Assembly: GCA_938084645.1 (NCBI GenBank)
Contig: CALKEP010000017.1
Span: 1-42,995 of the forward strand
Source: an uncultured Phycisphaerales bacterium
GTDB lineage: Bacteria > Planctomycetota > Phycisphaerae > Phycisphaerales > SM1A02
Length of the DNA stretch: 42,995 nucleotides
Direction: 5' to 3'
This document shows, in pieces, positions 27,294-37,355 of this stretch. The position numbers and the translations under genes are program-made. The notes under the pieces are model-generated. The model did not search any database, was not told where the DNA came from, and saw only the letters and a list, made by a program, of their open reading frames with translations. Positions within the stretch are counted from its first letter, which is position 1, and every line of letters begins with the position of its first letter.

Positions 27294-27354
27294 CCGCCAC
27301 GTCTCCGGTTTGGTCGCGTCACGGCAAGGCGTCCACGGCTTCGAGGTGTTCCGC

Positions 27355-28011
27355 TCACGACGGCAGTCTATCGACCACGTTCGACTTCGCTCCTCGATCA
27401 TCGGACGGCGGACCGAACCACCACCGGACCACCATGATCACGAGGAACCAGACGAACGTCCAGAAGAGGATGTTCACGAACAGTCCTGAATCGTCGAGGA
27501 ACAGACGACCGGTGGGATCGAGGCCACGCAGTCGTTTCGCCGCCGCCTCGATCTGCGACCCGTTCTCGTCGTCGTAGGGAAATGGCGGCCATCCCGAACC
27601 ACCCTCGACGCGTCGCCAGGTCATGCCGACCCAGGGCACCGGCCAGCCGACCGAGAAACCCGCGATCCGGCGAAGCCCCGCGGCGTCCTCGGGCCACGGC
27701 ATCCAGTCCGGCGGCGGAGGGAGCGACGGCGCGTCGGCGGACGGCGTCTCGACCAGCGGCATCCCGTAGTCGGCGAGGCATGCCCACTGCGATCCCGGAC
27801 GAAGCTCCTCGCCGCACCACCACAACGATCCACCCGCGGCTCGAAGATCGCTGGAAGCGCCCTCGCCTTCGAGTCGGACCACGATCAAGAGGGTGAGCAT
27901 CGCCGTCGTGACCAGCGACAGCACCAGGCTCGCGAGGAAGGCGCCGCCCGATCGATGGCGAGAGATCGAACGACGTTCCGGCTCGATCGGGTTGGAATCG
28001 CCTGGCCGCAT
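27355..28011 (-). CDS. Hypothetical membrane protein
   Basis: N- and C-terminal TM helices; GWP and G..VNILFW motifs. Confidence 0.65.
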   Translation of the reverse strand: MRPGDSNPIEPERRSISRHRSGGAFLASLVLSLVTTAMLTLLIVVRLEGEGASSDLRAAGGSLWWCGEELRPGSQWACLADYGMPLVETPSADAPSLPPPPDWMPWPEDAAGLRRIAGFSVGWPVPWVGMTWRRVEGGSGWPPFPYDDENGSQIEAAAKRLRGLDPTGRLFLDDSGLFVNILFWTFVWFLVIMVVRWWFGPPSDDRGAKSNVVDRLPS

Positions 28012-28070
28012 CGCCCGAGGGTAACCGCGGTCGACACGCCGGCGTCGCCTCGTCCTACCCTGTCACGGCC

Positions 28071-28820
28071 ATGTGGTTTCTCCGACGACGACGAAGACGA
28101 CGACTGCTCGCCGACCCGATGCCCGCGATCTGGCGTCGGACGTTGCAGGAGCACATGGTCCACTACCGCATGCTCGGTCCCGAACAGCGGAAGAAGCTCG
28201 AGGACAAGGCTCGGATCTTCGTCGCCGAGACGGATTGGGAGGGCTGCGGCGGGCTCGATCTCGATGAACGGAAACGAATCCTCATCGCGGCCAACGCCTG
28301 CCTGCTGGTTCTCGAGAACGACGCCACGCTCTTCGAATCCGTGACCAGCGTCCTGGTCTATCCCGCCGGAGTCGTCATCCCCGAGTCCCACGTGGGCAAT
28401 GGGATCGTCGCGGGCGAGACCCCGATCCTCGGACAGGCGAGATTCAACGGGCCGATCATTCTCAGCTGGTCCGACTCCCTTCACGCCTCGCAGCGGATCG
28501 GGACCCGAAACGTCGTGCTCCATGAGTTCGCCCACGCCCTCGACATGCTCAACGGCACCGTGAACGGCACCCCGCCGATGCGAAAGGGACTCCACGACGT
28601 CTGGGTCGAGACCTGCCAGTCCGAATACGAATCACTCCGCGCCCGGCTCGAGGATGGCGTGCACGGCGCGATCGATCCCTACGGCGCGACGAATCCCGGC
28701 GAGTTCTTCGCGGTGGTCACCGAGCACTTCTTCGAACAACCCCACGTGCTCCACGACCACCACCCCGAACTCTGGGAGGTGTTCTCGGAGTACTACGGCT
28801 ACGCCTTCGGCGGTGGTTGA
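28071..28820 (+). CDS. MtfA-like zinc-dependent peptidase (M90 family)
   Basis: IAANACLL, VLVYP, NVVLHEFAHALD, DPYGATNPGEFFAVVTEHFFE. Confidence 0.92.
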   Translation: MWFLRRRRRRRLLADPMPAIWRRTLQEHMVHYRMLGPEQRKKLEDKARIFVAETDWEGCGGLDLDERKRILIAANACLLVLENDATLFESVTSVLVYPAGVVIPESHVGNGIVAGETPILGQARFNGPIILSWSDSLHASQRIGTRNVVLHEFAHALDMLNGTVNGTPPMRKGLHDVWVETCQSEYESLRARLEDGVHGAIDPYGATNPGEFFAVVTEHFFEQPHVLHDHHPELWEVFSEYYGYAFGGG

Positions 28821-28851
28821 CTCGGCTCGTGTCCGAGATGAAGTCCCGACG

Positions 28852-30504
28852 TCACTTCGAACGCTTGACGCCACCGCCGGGCTTGTCGTCGCGGGATACC
28901 GGCTTCGAAGCACCCTTCCGGCGGCCACCGTGCCCGATGCGATCGCCGGACCTGGCCTTCTTGCGACGGGCGGCCTGCTTTCCACCGCCGGCGCCCTCCG
29001 ACTTCTCCTTCGGCCCGCCACTCTTGCCGCCTCGCTTGCCGGACTTCCGGTCCCCTCGCTTGGCGTCCTCGGTCGTCTCCTCCTCGGAGAGCTGGCGGAT
29101 CAGTTTCCGGTCGGCGTGCGACGGGTCGCCACCGCGGCGACCGCTTCGATCCGCTCGGAAGGGATCGAATCGTGACGCCCGCTCGCCTGATCGCAGGCGT
29201 TCGAGCCGCGTGAGGTCCTGGGGTCGGATGTACTTCTCGATGTTCGGAACCCCGTCGGGTTCGAGACGCTGCCCGACGATCTTCGCGATCTTGCGCCAGC
29301 GGACGTGATCGGGCGGCGAGATGAACGTGAACGACTCCGCGAATCCACCACCGTGGCCAGCGCGGCCGACGCGATGCACCCACTCCTCGGCGGCGAGCGG
29401 CAGGTCGTAGTTCACCACGGTTCGCACCGCGGGGATGTGCAGGCCGCGGGCCGCGACGTCCGTCGCGACGAGCACCGCGTTCGAGCCATCGGTGAACTGC
29501 TCCAGCGCCCGCATCCGCTGGTTCTGACTCTTGTCCCCGTGGATGAGACCCACCGAGATGCCGTGATTCCGGAACGCGGCGTCGACCCAGCCCGCCCGTC
29601 GCCGGGTCCGGCAGAAGATGATCACGCCACGACGCTTCTCCTCGACCACCAGGTGCAGCAGAAGCGCAACCTTGAGGACGTCGTCGATCTCGAACAACTT
29701 GTTTCCGACGTTCGCCGCGGCCCGGGTGTGCCGACCGATCTCGACCCGCTGGGGTTCACGGAGGAAGGTGCGGGCGAGACTCTCCATCGCCGGCGGCATC
29801 GTCGCGCTGAAGAACGCCATCTGGCGATCTTCCGGCATGCGTTCGAGGATCGTCTTGATCTGCGGAAGGAATCCCATGTCGAGCATCCGATCACCCTCGT
29901 CGATCACGAGATGCCGGATGAACGCCAGACTCAGAACATCGAGATCCATGAGCTCGCGGAGTCGACCGGGCGTGCCGACCACGATGTCGACACCGGCTTC
30001 GATCCGCTCCCGCTGCGGCTTGAGCGCCGCCTTGCCCCAGACCGCCGTGACCTTGACCAACGAGCCCTTGGTGAGGCTTCGGAGTTCCTCGGCCACCTGC
30101 TGGGCGAGTTCGCGGGTGGGAACCACGACCAGTCCCCGGAGCCGACGGCGGGGATCGACGTACTTGCCGCCCGCTTCTCCGCCTTTGCGCTTCTTCTGGC
30201 GGCGAGCGAGGGGGGGTGGCTCCTCGATGAGTCGGTGGGCGAGTGGAATGCCGTAGGCGAGCGTCTTGCCGGTACCGGTCGGGGCGAGTCCGATCGCATC
30301 CCGATCCGCGATCAGGGGCCCGATGATCCGTTGCTGGATCGGCGTGGGCGCCTCGAACCCGAGACGCTCGATTCCGAGCCGGACCACCGGCGCGACGGGC
30401 ATCTCGTCGAAGGTCTCCATGACGCGGCTGACCCGGTCGGCCTTCGGCGTCGGGTTCTCGGCTGCTGCTTCCTGCTTCTCGGACGGCGATTCTGGTTCTG
30501 GCAT
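28852..30504 (-). CDS. DEAD-box-family RNA helicase (RhlE-like) with variant motifs and basic C-terminal tail
   Basis: Q motif PTPIQ, APTGTGKT, PTRELA, TPGRL, DEGDRMLDMGF, SAT, TDVAARG, HRVGR. Confidence 0.92.
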   Translation of the reverse strand: MPEPESPSEKQEAAAENPTPKADRVSRVMETFDEMPVAPVVRLGIERLGFEAPTPIQQRIIGPLIADRDAIGLAPTGTGKTLAYGIPLAHRLIEEPPPLARRQKKRKGGEAGGKYVDPRRRLRGLVVVPTRELAQQVAEELRSLTKGSLVKVTAVWGKAALKPQRERIEAGVDIVVGTPGRLRELMDLDVLSLAFIRHLVIDEGDRMLDMGFLPQIKTILERMPEDRQMAFFSATMPPAMESLARTFLREPQRVEIGRHTRAAANVGNKLFEIDDVLKVALLLHLVVEEKRRGVIIFCRTRRRAGWVDAAFRNHGISVGLIHGDKSQNQRMRALEQFTDGSNAVLVATDVAARGLHIPAVRTVVNYDLPLAAEEWVHRVGRAGHGGGFAESFTFISPPDHVRWRKIAKIVGQRLEPDGVPNIEKYIRPQDLTRLERLRSGERASRFDPFRADRSGRRGGDPSHADRKLIRQLSEEETTEDAKRGDRKSGKRGGKSGGPKEKSEGAGGGKQAARRKKARSGDRIGHGGRRKGASKPVSRDDKPGGGVKRSK

Positions 30505-30732
30505 CTCCTGACAGGGTATTCGAGTTCGGTCTGCGAGGCGTGTGACCGTCGAGCGACGACGACGAGGTGGTTTCCGCGATCACGGTCGGTCCCGACTCGA
30601 TCGACCAGCGGATTCCGTCGAAGACACTGGTGCCGTCGAGTCGCGACCCCAGGAGGGGGGGGCCGGGCTCGGCGGTTTTTTCATGTCCCGACTCGAATCG
30701 AGGTCGGGATCGCGGAGCGGTACCCTGCCGGC

Positions 30733-32163
30733 ATGAACGAACGCATCAGTGGCCCTCGGAAGCTCGTGGCCGGACTCGGTCTTCTCGTGACCCGGACCAT
30801 CGGACGCTGGGTCCCCGATCCCTTCCTGATCGCGATCGGACTCACCGCGATCACCGCGATCCTCGCCCTGACGGTTCCCGGGACGTTCGCCACGAGCGAC
30901 GTGCGGGCGGACGGATCGACGCCGGGTCGGATCTCGCGCCTGCTCGAGGCATGGTGGAGCGACGACGGACTCTGGAAGTTCCTGAAGTTCGGCATGCAGA
31001 TGGCGCTGGTCCTGGTCACGGGCTACGCCCTCGCTGCGAGTCCGCCGATCCGTCGCGGCATCGACGCCATCTCGAACCTCCCGCGATCGACGAGCAGCGG
31101 CGTGGTCCTGGTCGCGGCGATCGCGGTGGGAACCGGTCTCGTCAACTGGGGACTCGCCCTGGTGGTCGGCGCGCTGCTCGCTCGCGGCGTGGGCCGTTCG
31201 CTGGAACGACGCGGCATTCCGTGCCACTACCCGCTGCTGGTCGCCGCGGGCTACACCGGACTGCTCGTCTGGCACGGCGGCTTCAGCGGCAGCGCCCCGC
31301 TGCAGATGACCACCCCTGCGAACGCGGCGGCGGTGCTTCCCGATTCGATGGTCGCCGAGTACGCCGCGAACGGCATCCCCCTGTCCGAGACGATCCTCTC
31401 GCCGATGAATCTCTTCGTGTCGCTCGGCCTGCTGCTCGTCGTGCCGCTGGCGTTCCTCCTCCTGGTGCCGTCGACGCCGGACGCGTTCCAGTCGCCGAAG
31501 CGTCTCGACATCGACCTCGACGACGACGCGACCGCATCCGAACCGATGAACCCGGTCGAGGTCGTGCTCGGCGTCTCGCTGGGCATGGCCCTGCTCGCGG
31601 GATTCGCGGTCTATCTCGGTTCGAGCACCGGCGGCATCGGACGACTCGGCCTGAACCAGATCAATGCCGCGATGCTCGGACTCGGCCTCATCCTCCACGG
31701 CGCACCCACCCGTTACCTCCGCGCGGTCGAGGATGCCGCAAGGGGTTGCGCCGGCATCATCGTCCAGTTCCCGCTCTACGCGGGCGTGATGGCGATGATG
31801 GCGGCGAGCGGTCTTCTCGGCCTGTTCGCGGAAGCCGCCATCACCGTGAGCACCCCCGCGACGCTTCCTCTCTTCACCACCGCCAGCGCCGCGATCGTGA
31901 ACATCTTCGTTCCGTCGGGTGGCGGCCAGTGGGCGGTGCAGGGGCCGATCGCCCTGGTCGCCGGCGTCGACGCGGGCGTCCCGGTCGGCAAGATGGTGAT
32001 GAGCGTGGCCTACGGCGATCAGCTGACCAACATGCTGCAGCCGTTCTGGGCCCTTCCGCTGCTGGCGATCACTCGCGTCAAGGCCAGGGACATCGTGGGC
32101 TACACGGCGCTGGTGATGCTGGTCGCCGCAGTGTGGATCATGATCGGACTGCTGGTCTTCTGA
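30733..32163 (+). CDS. Short-chain fatty acid transporter (AtoE/TIGR00366 family)
   Basis: PDPFLIA, FGMQMALVLVTGYALA, HYPLLVAAGY, WHGGFSGSAPL, NIFVPSGGGQWAVQGP, GDQLTNMLQPFWALP. Confidence 0.92.
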   Translation: MNERISGPRKLVAGLGLLVTRTIGRWVPDPFLIAIGLTAITAILALTVPGTFATSDVRADGSTPGRISRLLEAWWSDDGLWKFLKFGMQMALVLVTGYALAASPPIRRGIDAISNLPRSTSSGVVLVAAIAVGTGLVNWGLALVVGALLARGVGRSLERRGIPCHYPLLVAAGYTGLLVWHGGFSGSAPLQMTTPANAAAVLPDSMVAEYAANGIPLSETILSPMNLFVSLGLLLVVPLAFLLLVPSTPDAFQSPKRLDIDLDDDATASEPMNPVEVVLGVSLGMALLAGFAVYLGSSTGGIGRLGLNQINAAMLGLGLILHGAPTRYLRAVEDAARGCAGIIVQFPLYAGVMAMMAASGLLGLFAEAAITVSTPATLPLFTTASAAIVNIFVPSGGGQWAVQGPIALVAGVDAGVPVGKMVMSVAYGDQLTNMLQPFWALPLLAITRVKARDIVGYTALVMLVAAVWIMIGLLVF

Positions 32164-32182
32164 CGACCACGACCCGCCGGCG

Positions 32183-33280
32183 TCAGCTCACGCACCACGC
32201 ATACTGATCCACCAGTTCGAGTTCGCCGCCGAGCTCCTTCGCCGCCCGCCAGGGCCATCGTGGATCCCGCAGGAAACCTCGCCCGATGGCGATCGCGTCC
32301 GCATCCCCGCGCTCCAGGACGTCCTCCGCGAATCGGGGGTCGTCGAGCTCGCCGACTGCGACGACCGGCATCGATTCGACACCCTTCTTCACCGCGGCCG
32401 CGAAGGGGACCTGGAAGCCCGGTGCCACCGGATACTCGGCCTTGGCGTTCCCGCCGGTCGAGACGTCCACCGCGTCGCAACCCCGTTTCTCGAGTTCGAT
32501 CGCGAACGCCACCGAGTCCTCGGTGCTCCATCCACCGATGTCGTCGCGCCAGTCGGTACCGCTGAACCGGACCATCAACGGAAGATCGTCCGGCATGGCG
32601 GCCCGCATCGCGTCGAAGCACTCCAGCGGGAATCGCATTCGATTCTCGAGTGAACCACCGTACGCGTCGGTCCGCTCGTTCGAGAGTGGCGACAGGAAGC
32701 TCGAGAGCAGATAGCCGTGGGCGGCGTGCATCTCGACCAGATCGAAACCGACGCGGGCGGCGCGGCCGGCGGCGGTGCCGAAGGCGTCACGCATCGCATC
32801 GAGATCCGCGAGGCTCATCGCATGCGCGGGCGGGGCGATGTTCTCGTAGCTGTTGGCGCTCGCCCCCACCGACTCCCAGCCACCGTCATCCGGCTCGACG
32901 TATCCGCGCTTCGCCGACCAGGGACGGGCGTGCGAGGCCTTCCGGCCCGCATGCGCGAGCTGCACGCCGAGCGCCGAAGCCGGTGCGACCGCCTTGACCG
33001 TCTCCACCACCCGAGCCAGCGCCGACTCGCAGGCGTCGTCCCAGAGCCCCAGGCAGTTCGGGGTGATGCGACCACGCGGCTCGACCGCGGTCGCCTCGGT
33101 GATCACGAGGCCGGCGCCCGAGCAGGCGAGCGACCCGAGATGGACGTGCTGCCACGCACTCGCGACGCCGTCGACGGCGGAGTACATGCACATCGGGCTC
33201 ACCACGATCCGATTCCGGAGGTGCAGACCCCGCAGGTCCAGGGGTTCGAAGAGGCGAGGGGCGGTGTTCTGGTCGTTCAT
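32183..33280 (-). CDS. NADH:flavin oxidoreductase / old yellow enzyme (YqjM-like)
   Basis: NRIVVSPMCMYSA, EATAVEPRGRI, QLAHAGRKAS, HAAHGYLLSSFLSPLSNERTDAYGGS. Confidence 0.93.
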   Translation of the reverse strand: MNDQNTAPRLFEPLDLRGLHLRNRIVVSPMCMYSAVDGVASAWQHVHLGSLACSGAGLVITEATAVEPRGRITPNCLGLWDDACESALARVVETVKAVAPASALGVQLAHAGRKASHARPWSAKRGYVEPDDGGWESVGASANSYENIAPPAHAMSLADLDAMRDAFGTAAGRAARVGFDLVEMHAAHGYLLSSFLSPLSNERTDAYGGSLENRMRFPLECFDAMRAAMPDDLPLMVRFSGTDWRDDIGGWSTEDSVAFAIELEKRGCDAVDVSTGGNAKAEYPVAPGFQVPFAAAVKKGVESMPVVAVGELDDPRFAEDVLERGDADAIAIGRGFLRDPRWPWRAAKELGGELELVDQYAWCVS

Positions 33281-33439
33281 GGGCCGGATCGTAGGCCTCC
33301 CGGTCCCCTGAGACGAGGAGAAGGGGGCGAACCGAACGGATCCCTCCGGTATCATCTCGCATCTCGATCCGATTCCCTCGCGCCGCGAGGGATGTTCCTC
33401 CCCATCGCCGCAGCCGGCGAACTCCATTGGAATCCACCG

Positions 33440-34015
33440 ATGCCGATCAAGGCGACCGACGTGAAGAAGGGCCAGTTCATCATCTGGGAGGGCCAGCTCC
33501 ACCAGATCCTCGACACCGAGCACGTGAAGCCCGGAAAGGGCCCCGCGTACGTCCAGGCCAAGATGAAGAACGTCAAGGTCGGCGGCATCAAGATCAACCG
33601 CCTGAACTCCGACGACCGGCTCGACGAGGTCAACGTCGACCGTCGTGGCATGCAGTTCCTCTACGACTCCGGCGGTCGTGGCGACGGACCCTTCGTCTTC
33701 ATGGACGACGAGACCTACGACCAGACCGAGATCGAGAACGACGTGATTCCGAAGGAACAGAGCCAGTGGCTCAAGGAGAACACCGAGTGCGTGGTGAGCA
33801 TGTTCGACGGCAAGCCGCTGTCGGTCGCGCTCCCCGCCTCGATCGAGCTCACGGTGACCGACACCGCACCCCAGGCGAAGGGTGCGACGGCCAGCAACCA
33901 GAACAAGGAGGCGTTCGTCGAGACCGGCGCCCGCATCCGCGTTCCACCGTTCATCGAGAACGGTCAGGTCGTCAAGGTGAACCCCGAGACCGGCGAATAC
34001 CTCGGCAAGGCGTGA
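33440..34015 (+). CDS. efp: Translation elongation factor P
   Basis: HVKPGKGPAYVQ, QFLY, FMDDETYDQ, KGATA, ETGARIRVPPFI, GEYLGK. Confidence 0.95.
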   Translation: MPIKATDVKKGQFIIWEGQLHQILDTEHVKPGKGPAYVQAKMKNVKVGGIKINRLNSDDRLDEVNVDRRGMQFLYDSGGRGDGPFVFMDDETYDQTEIENDVIPKEQSQWLKENTECVVSMFDGKPLSVALPASIELTVTDTAPQAKGATASNQNKEAFVETGARIRVPPFIENGQVVKVNPETGEYLGKA

Positions 34016-34051
34016 GTCGCTCTTGAACGACGCCCGGCCTCGCGGCCGGAT

Positions 34052-34885
34052 TCAGACGTCCCGGACCCGCTCGAGCGGCCCACGGACCCGTGGACCCAGT
34101 CGAACGGCACCGCCCGCGTCCGCCCGCTCCACGCGAGCGGCGAGACGTCGGCTGAACGGTCGGCCCTCCGGGAAGAGGATCTCGTGGGCCCGGGCGTGTC
34201 GCACCGCCTCCTCGGAATCACCGAATTCGACGGCGAGCGTCGCGAGCAGGCGATGCGCGATCGCCCGGTGCGGACCGTGGACGTCGAGCGACCGGTCCGC
34301 GAACTCGTACATCGCCTCCATCCGCTCGTCGATCCGGCGAACGAGGCCGTCCTCCCCCGCCAGATCGAGATCACCGCGACGTCGAATCAGTCGTTCCGCG
34401 TTTCCCACCGCGATCGCGAGGCGTTGGGCGAGCGCGGGTCGACCACCCATCGCCGGCTCGAAACCCTCGATGTCCGGTCCATCGCCCGACGCCGACTGCC
34501 TTCGGCAGCGGTCGATGACCGCATCGAGCAGATCGAGGCTTCGCGGGCTTCCGAAGAACGCCAGCGACGCCTCCCAGTCCTCGAGGGTGAAGTCATCGGG
34601 TCGCTCGAACGTGAGGAGCCAGTCGCCCCGCCACGTCGGTGCCTGGTCGTCCGGGGTCGCGATCAGAACGCGGATGTAGGCGGCCGCCTCGATTCGATTC
34701 GTCGGGACCATCGCCGTCCGCAGGCATTCCGGAGGACGTCCGGGCTCCCCGGGAAGCCAGTCCGTGCCCGGATCCAGATCGCGGTACCAGAAGCGATCCT
34801 GCCCGGAAGGCAGGAATGGCGTGGCGGGATCGAGGATCGACGCCGCGGAGAGCCAGAGACGAGTACCGCTCGGAAGCTGGGGCAT
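34052..34885 (-). CDS. Hypothetical protein
   Basis: Protein-like ORF from MPQLPSG filling the gap between efp and gdhA; helical C-terminal half. Confidence 0.65.
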   Translation of the reverse strand: MPQLPSGTRLWLSAASILDPATPFLPSGQDRFWYRDLDPGTDWLPGEPGRPPECLRTAMVPTNRIEAAAYIRVLIATPDDQAPTWRGDWLLTFERPDDFTLEDWEASLAFFGSPRSLDLLDAVIDRCRRQSASGDGPDIEGFEPAMGGRPALAQRLAIAVGNAERLIRRRGDLDLAGEDGLVRRIDERMEAMYEFADRSLDVHGPHRAIAHRLLATLAVEFGDSEEAVRHARAHEILFPEGRPFSRRLAARVERADAGGAVRLGPRVRGPLERVRDV

Positions 34886-35201
34886 GGAAGGGACGAACTC
34901 CGACCTCGATGCGGGATCCGGATCCGACGGTCTCCAACCGAAGGACCCCGGGGATCCGGAGTTCCACGACCGCGAACATCGCCGGCCTCCGCCGACGTCG
35001 TCCACCGAGGCGTGGACGAACCGGACGGTCGTGGATCGACGATGCCGGTGCGATCGTCGGATCGCCCTTCACCGCCGCAAGGTGACAAGACGGCCCTCGG
35101 CCGGTTCTTTTCACGCCCGCCCGCGATTCATGCGAAGACGCCGTACCGGCACCGCTTCCGCGGGTCGATAACGCCGTTCGAACGCGGAAATCGTCCGCTC
35201 G

Positions 35202-36575
35202 TCAGATGACGCCCTGGTCGTGCATCGCCCGCGCGACCTTGAGGAAGCCCGCGATGTTGGATCCGTCGAGATAGTCGCCGGTGCGGCCGTAGGCCTCGGC
35301 GGCCTCGAGACTGTGCTTGTGAATGTCCTTCATGATGCCGCCGAGACGTCGATCGACCTCTTCACGGCTCCAGAACGTCCGACTCGACGCCTGCGCCATC
35401 TCCAGCGCACTGACCGCGACCCCGCCGGCGTTCGCCGCCTTGCCCGGTCCGTAGAGCACGCCCTTCTCGCGGAAGATCTCCTGGCCTTCCGGAACGGTCG
35501 GCATGTTCGCGCCTTCGCTCACCAGCCGACACCCGTTGGCCACGAGATTCGCGGCGTCGACGCCGTTGATCTCGTTCTGGGTCGCACAGGGGAACGCCGC
35601 GTCCGCCGGAACGTTCCACAGCGGGTTGTGATCCGCATCACGGTCTCGGGGCGTGAATTCGGCGTTCGCGTACTTCTCGACGTACTCGATGATCCGGCCG
35701 CGGCGGTTGTTCTTCAGATCCTGGACGAAGGCGAGCTTCTCGAGGTCGATGCCGTCGGGATCGTGGATGAACCCGCCGGAATCCGAGAGCGTGACCGGCT
35801 TCGCGCCGAGGTGATTGAGCTTCTCGACCGCGAACTGCGCGACGTTGCCGGAACCGGACACGAGGCAGCGCTTCCCTTCGAGACTCGACCCGTTGGCACC
35901 GAGCATCTCGGCCGCGAAGTAGACCGCGCCGTAGCCGGTCGCTTCCGGTCGAATGAGGCTGCCGCCCCAGTCCGTGCTCCGGCCGGTCAACACCCCCGTG
36001 AAGGTGTTGGTGAGCTTCTTGTACTGGCCGAACATGAATCCGATCTCCCGGCCGCCCACGCCGATGTCGCCCGCCGGGACGTCGGTGTCCGGGCCGATGT
36101 GCCGAAAGAGCTCGCTCATGAACGCCTGGCAGAATCGCATCACTTCGCCGTCGGAGCGACCCTTGGGATCGAAGTTCGACCCACCCTTGCCGCCGCCGAT
36201 CGGCTGCCCGGTCAGGGCGTTCTTGAAGATCTGCTCGAAGCCGAGGAACTTCAGCACACCGAGATCGACCGTGGGGTGGAAACGAAGTCCGCCCTTGTAT
36301 GGTCCGATCGCCGAATTGAATTCGACGCGGTAGCCGCGGTTCACCTGGACCACGCCCGCGTCGTCGACCCAGGACACCCGGAATTCGATGACCCGCTCGG
36401 GCTCGACCAGACGTTCGAGGATCCGTCCGTCCCGCCAGACCGGATTCCGATCGAGAACCGGCTCGAGCGACGGGACCACCTCGCCCACCGCCTGGTGGAA
36501 CGCGGTCTCGTGCGGCGTGACCGCTTCGAGGCGGCTCATGAAGTCGGTGACCCAGGGGGAATCGGTCTTCATCAT
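35202..36575 (-). CDS. gdhA: NADP-specific glutamate dehydrogenase
   Basis: GPYKGGLRFHP, GGGKGGSNFDPKG, DVPAGDIGVG, RPEATGYG, SGSGNVA, PGKAANAGGVA. Confidence 0.96.
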   Translation of the reverse strand: MMKTDSPWVTDFMSRLEAVTPHETAFHQAVGEVVPSLEPVLDRNPVWRDGRILERLVEPERVIEFRVSWVDDAGVVQVNRGYRVEFNSAIGPYKGGLRFHPTVDLGVLKFLGFEQIFKNALTGQPIGGGKGGSNFDPKGRSDGEVMRFCQAFMSELFRHIGPDTDVPAGDIGVGGREIGFMFGQYKKLTNTFTGVLTGRSTDWGGSLIRPEATGYGAVYFAAEMLGANGSSLEGKRCLVSGSGNVAQFAVEKLNHLGAKPVTLSDSGGFIHDPDGIDLEKLAFVQDLKNNRRGRIIEYVEKYANAEFTPRDRDADHNPLWNVPADAAFPCATQNEINGVDAANLVANGCRLVSEGANMPTVPEGQEIFREKGVLYGPGKAANAGGVAVSALEMAQASSRTFWSREEVDRRLGGIMKDIHKHSLEAAEAYGRTGDYLDGSNIAGFLKVARAMHDQGVI

Positions 36576-36746
36576 CGGAAAATCCTTGAATCGTCGAATC
36601 GAACATCCATGCCAATGCAATGGCCTGCGAGATCCGGACCACGAGGTCGGGATCATCGTGAAATCATAGAAATCCCCGGCGGGTCCCGCCATCTCGCCAC
36701 GCTCGGGAGCCGGCGGACGACTCCACGCCGTAGGCTCTTCGTCGCC

Positions 36747-37355
36747 ATGAAGATCCTCCTCACCGGTTTCGAACCCTTCGGCGGCTCCGACCTGAACCCG
36801 TCCGCGATGGTGGTCGAGGCCATCGCGATCGATCCGCCTGCTGACGTCGACCTGGTCACCGTGGTGCTCGAAGTGGTGGGCGAGGAGGCCGGGGATCGCG
36901 TCGTCGAGCTCGTCGCCACCGAACGCCCGGACGCGGTGGTGATGCTCGGGGAGGCGACGGGAAGAGCCGGGGTGACCATCGAACAGGTCGCGATCAACCT
37001 CCGCGACTACGGCATGAACGACAACGCGGGAAACCGTGTCTCGAACGAGCCCGTGGTTCGGGACGGGCCGGACGCGTACTTCACGACCCTGCCGGTGGAG
37101 GAACTCGTGCAGGCGGTCCGGGCAATCGGCGTTCCCGCCGCTCGATCGCTGTCCGCGGGTGCGTTCCTCTGCAACGAGATCTCCTATCGAGTCCTGCACG
37201 CCGAGGCGATCGCGAAGCGGCGGACCCCCGCCGGGTTCGTCCACCTGCCGCGGGTCCCGGAACAGTGCCTCGACGCCGACGCGCCGCATGCGAGCATGAC
37301 CATCGACCGTCAGATCGATGCCGTACGAGCGATCCTCGAGACACTCGCCGGATGA
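36747..37355 (+). CDS. pcp: Pyroglutamyl-peptidase I (C15)
   Basis: MKILLTGFEPFGG..NPS, IEQVAIN, DGPDAYFTTLP, SAGAFLCN, GFVHLP. Confidence 0.95.
   Translation: MKILLTGFEPFGGSDLNPSAMVVEAIAIDPPADVDLVTVVLEVVGEEAGDRVVELVATERPDAVVMLGEATGRAGVTIEQVAINLRDYGMNDNAGNRVSNEPVVRDGPDAYFTTLPVEELVQAVRAIGVPAARSLSAGAFLCNEISYRVLHAEAIAKRRTPAGFVHLPRVPEQCLDADAPHASMTIDRQIDAVRAILETLAG

Noticed and set aside
29305..30732. N-terminal extension of the AtoE ORF; likewise for the dusB, MOSC, efp, gdhA and pcp ORFs
   Set aside because: The extensions overlap divergent genes in antisense; family similarity begins at the internal starts used.
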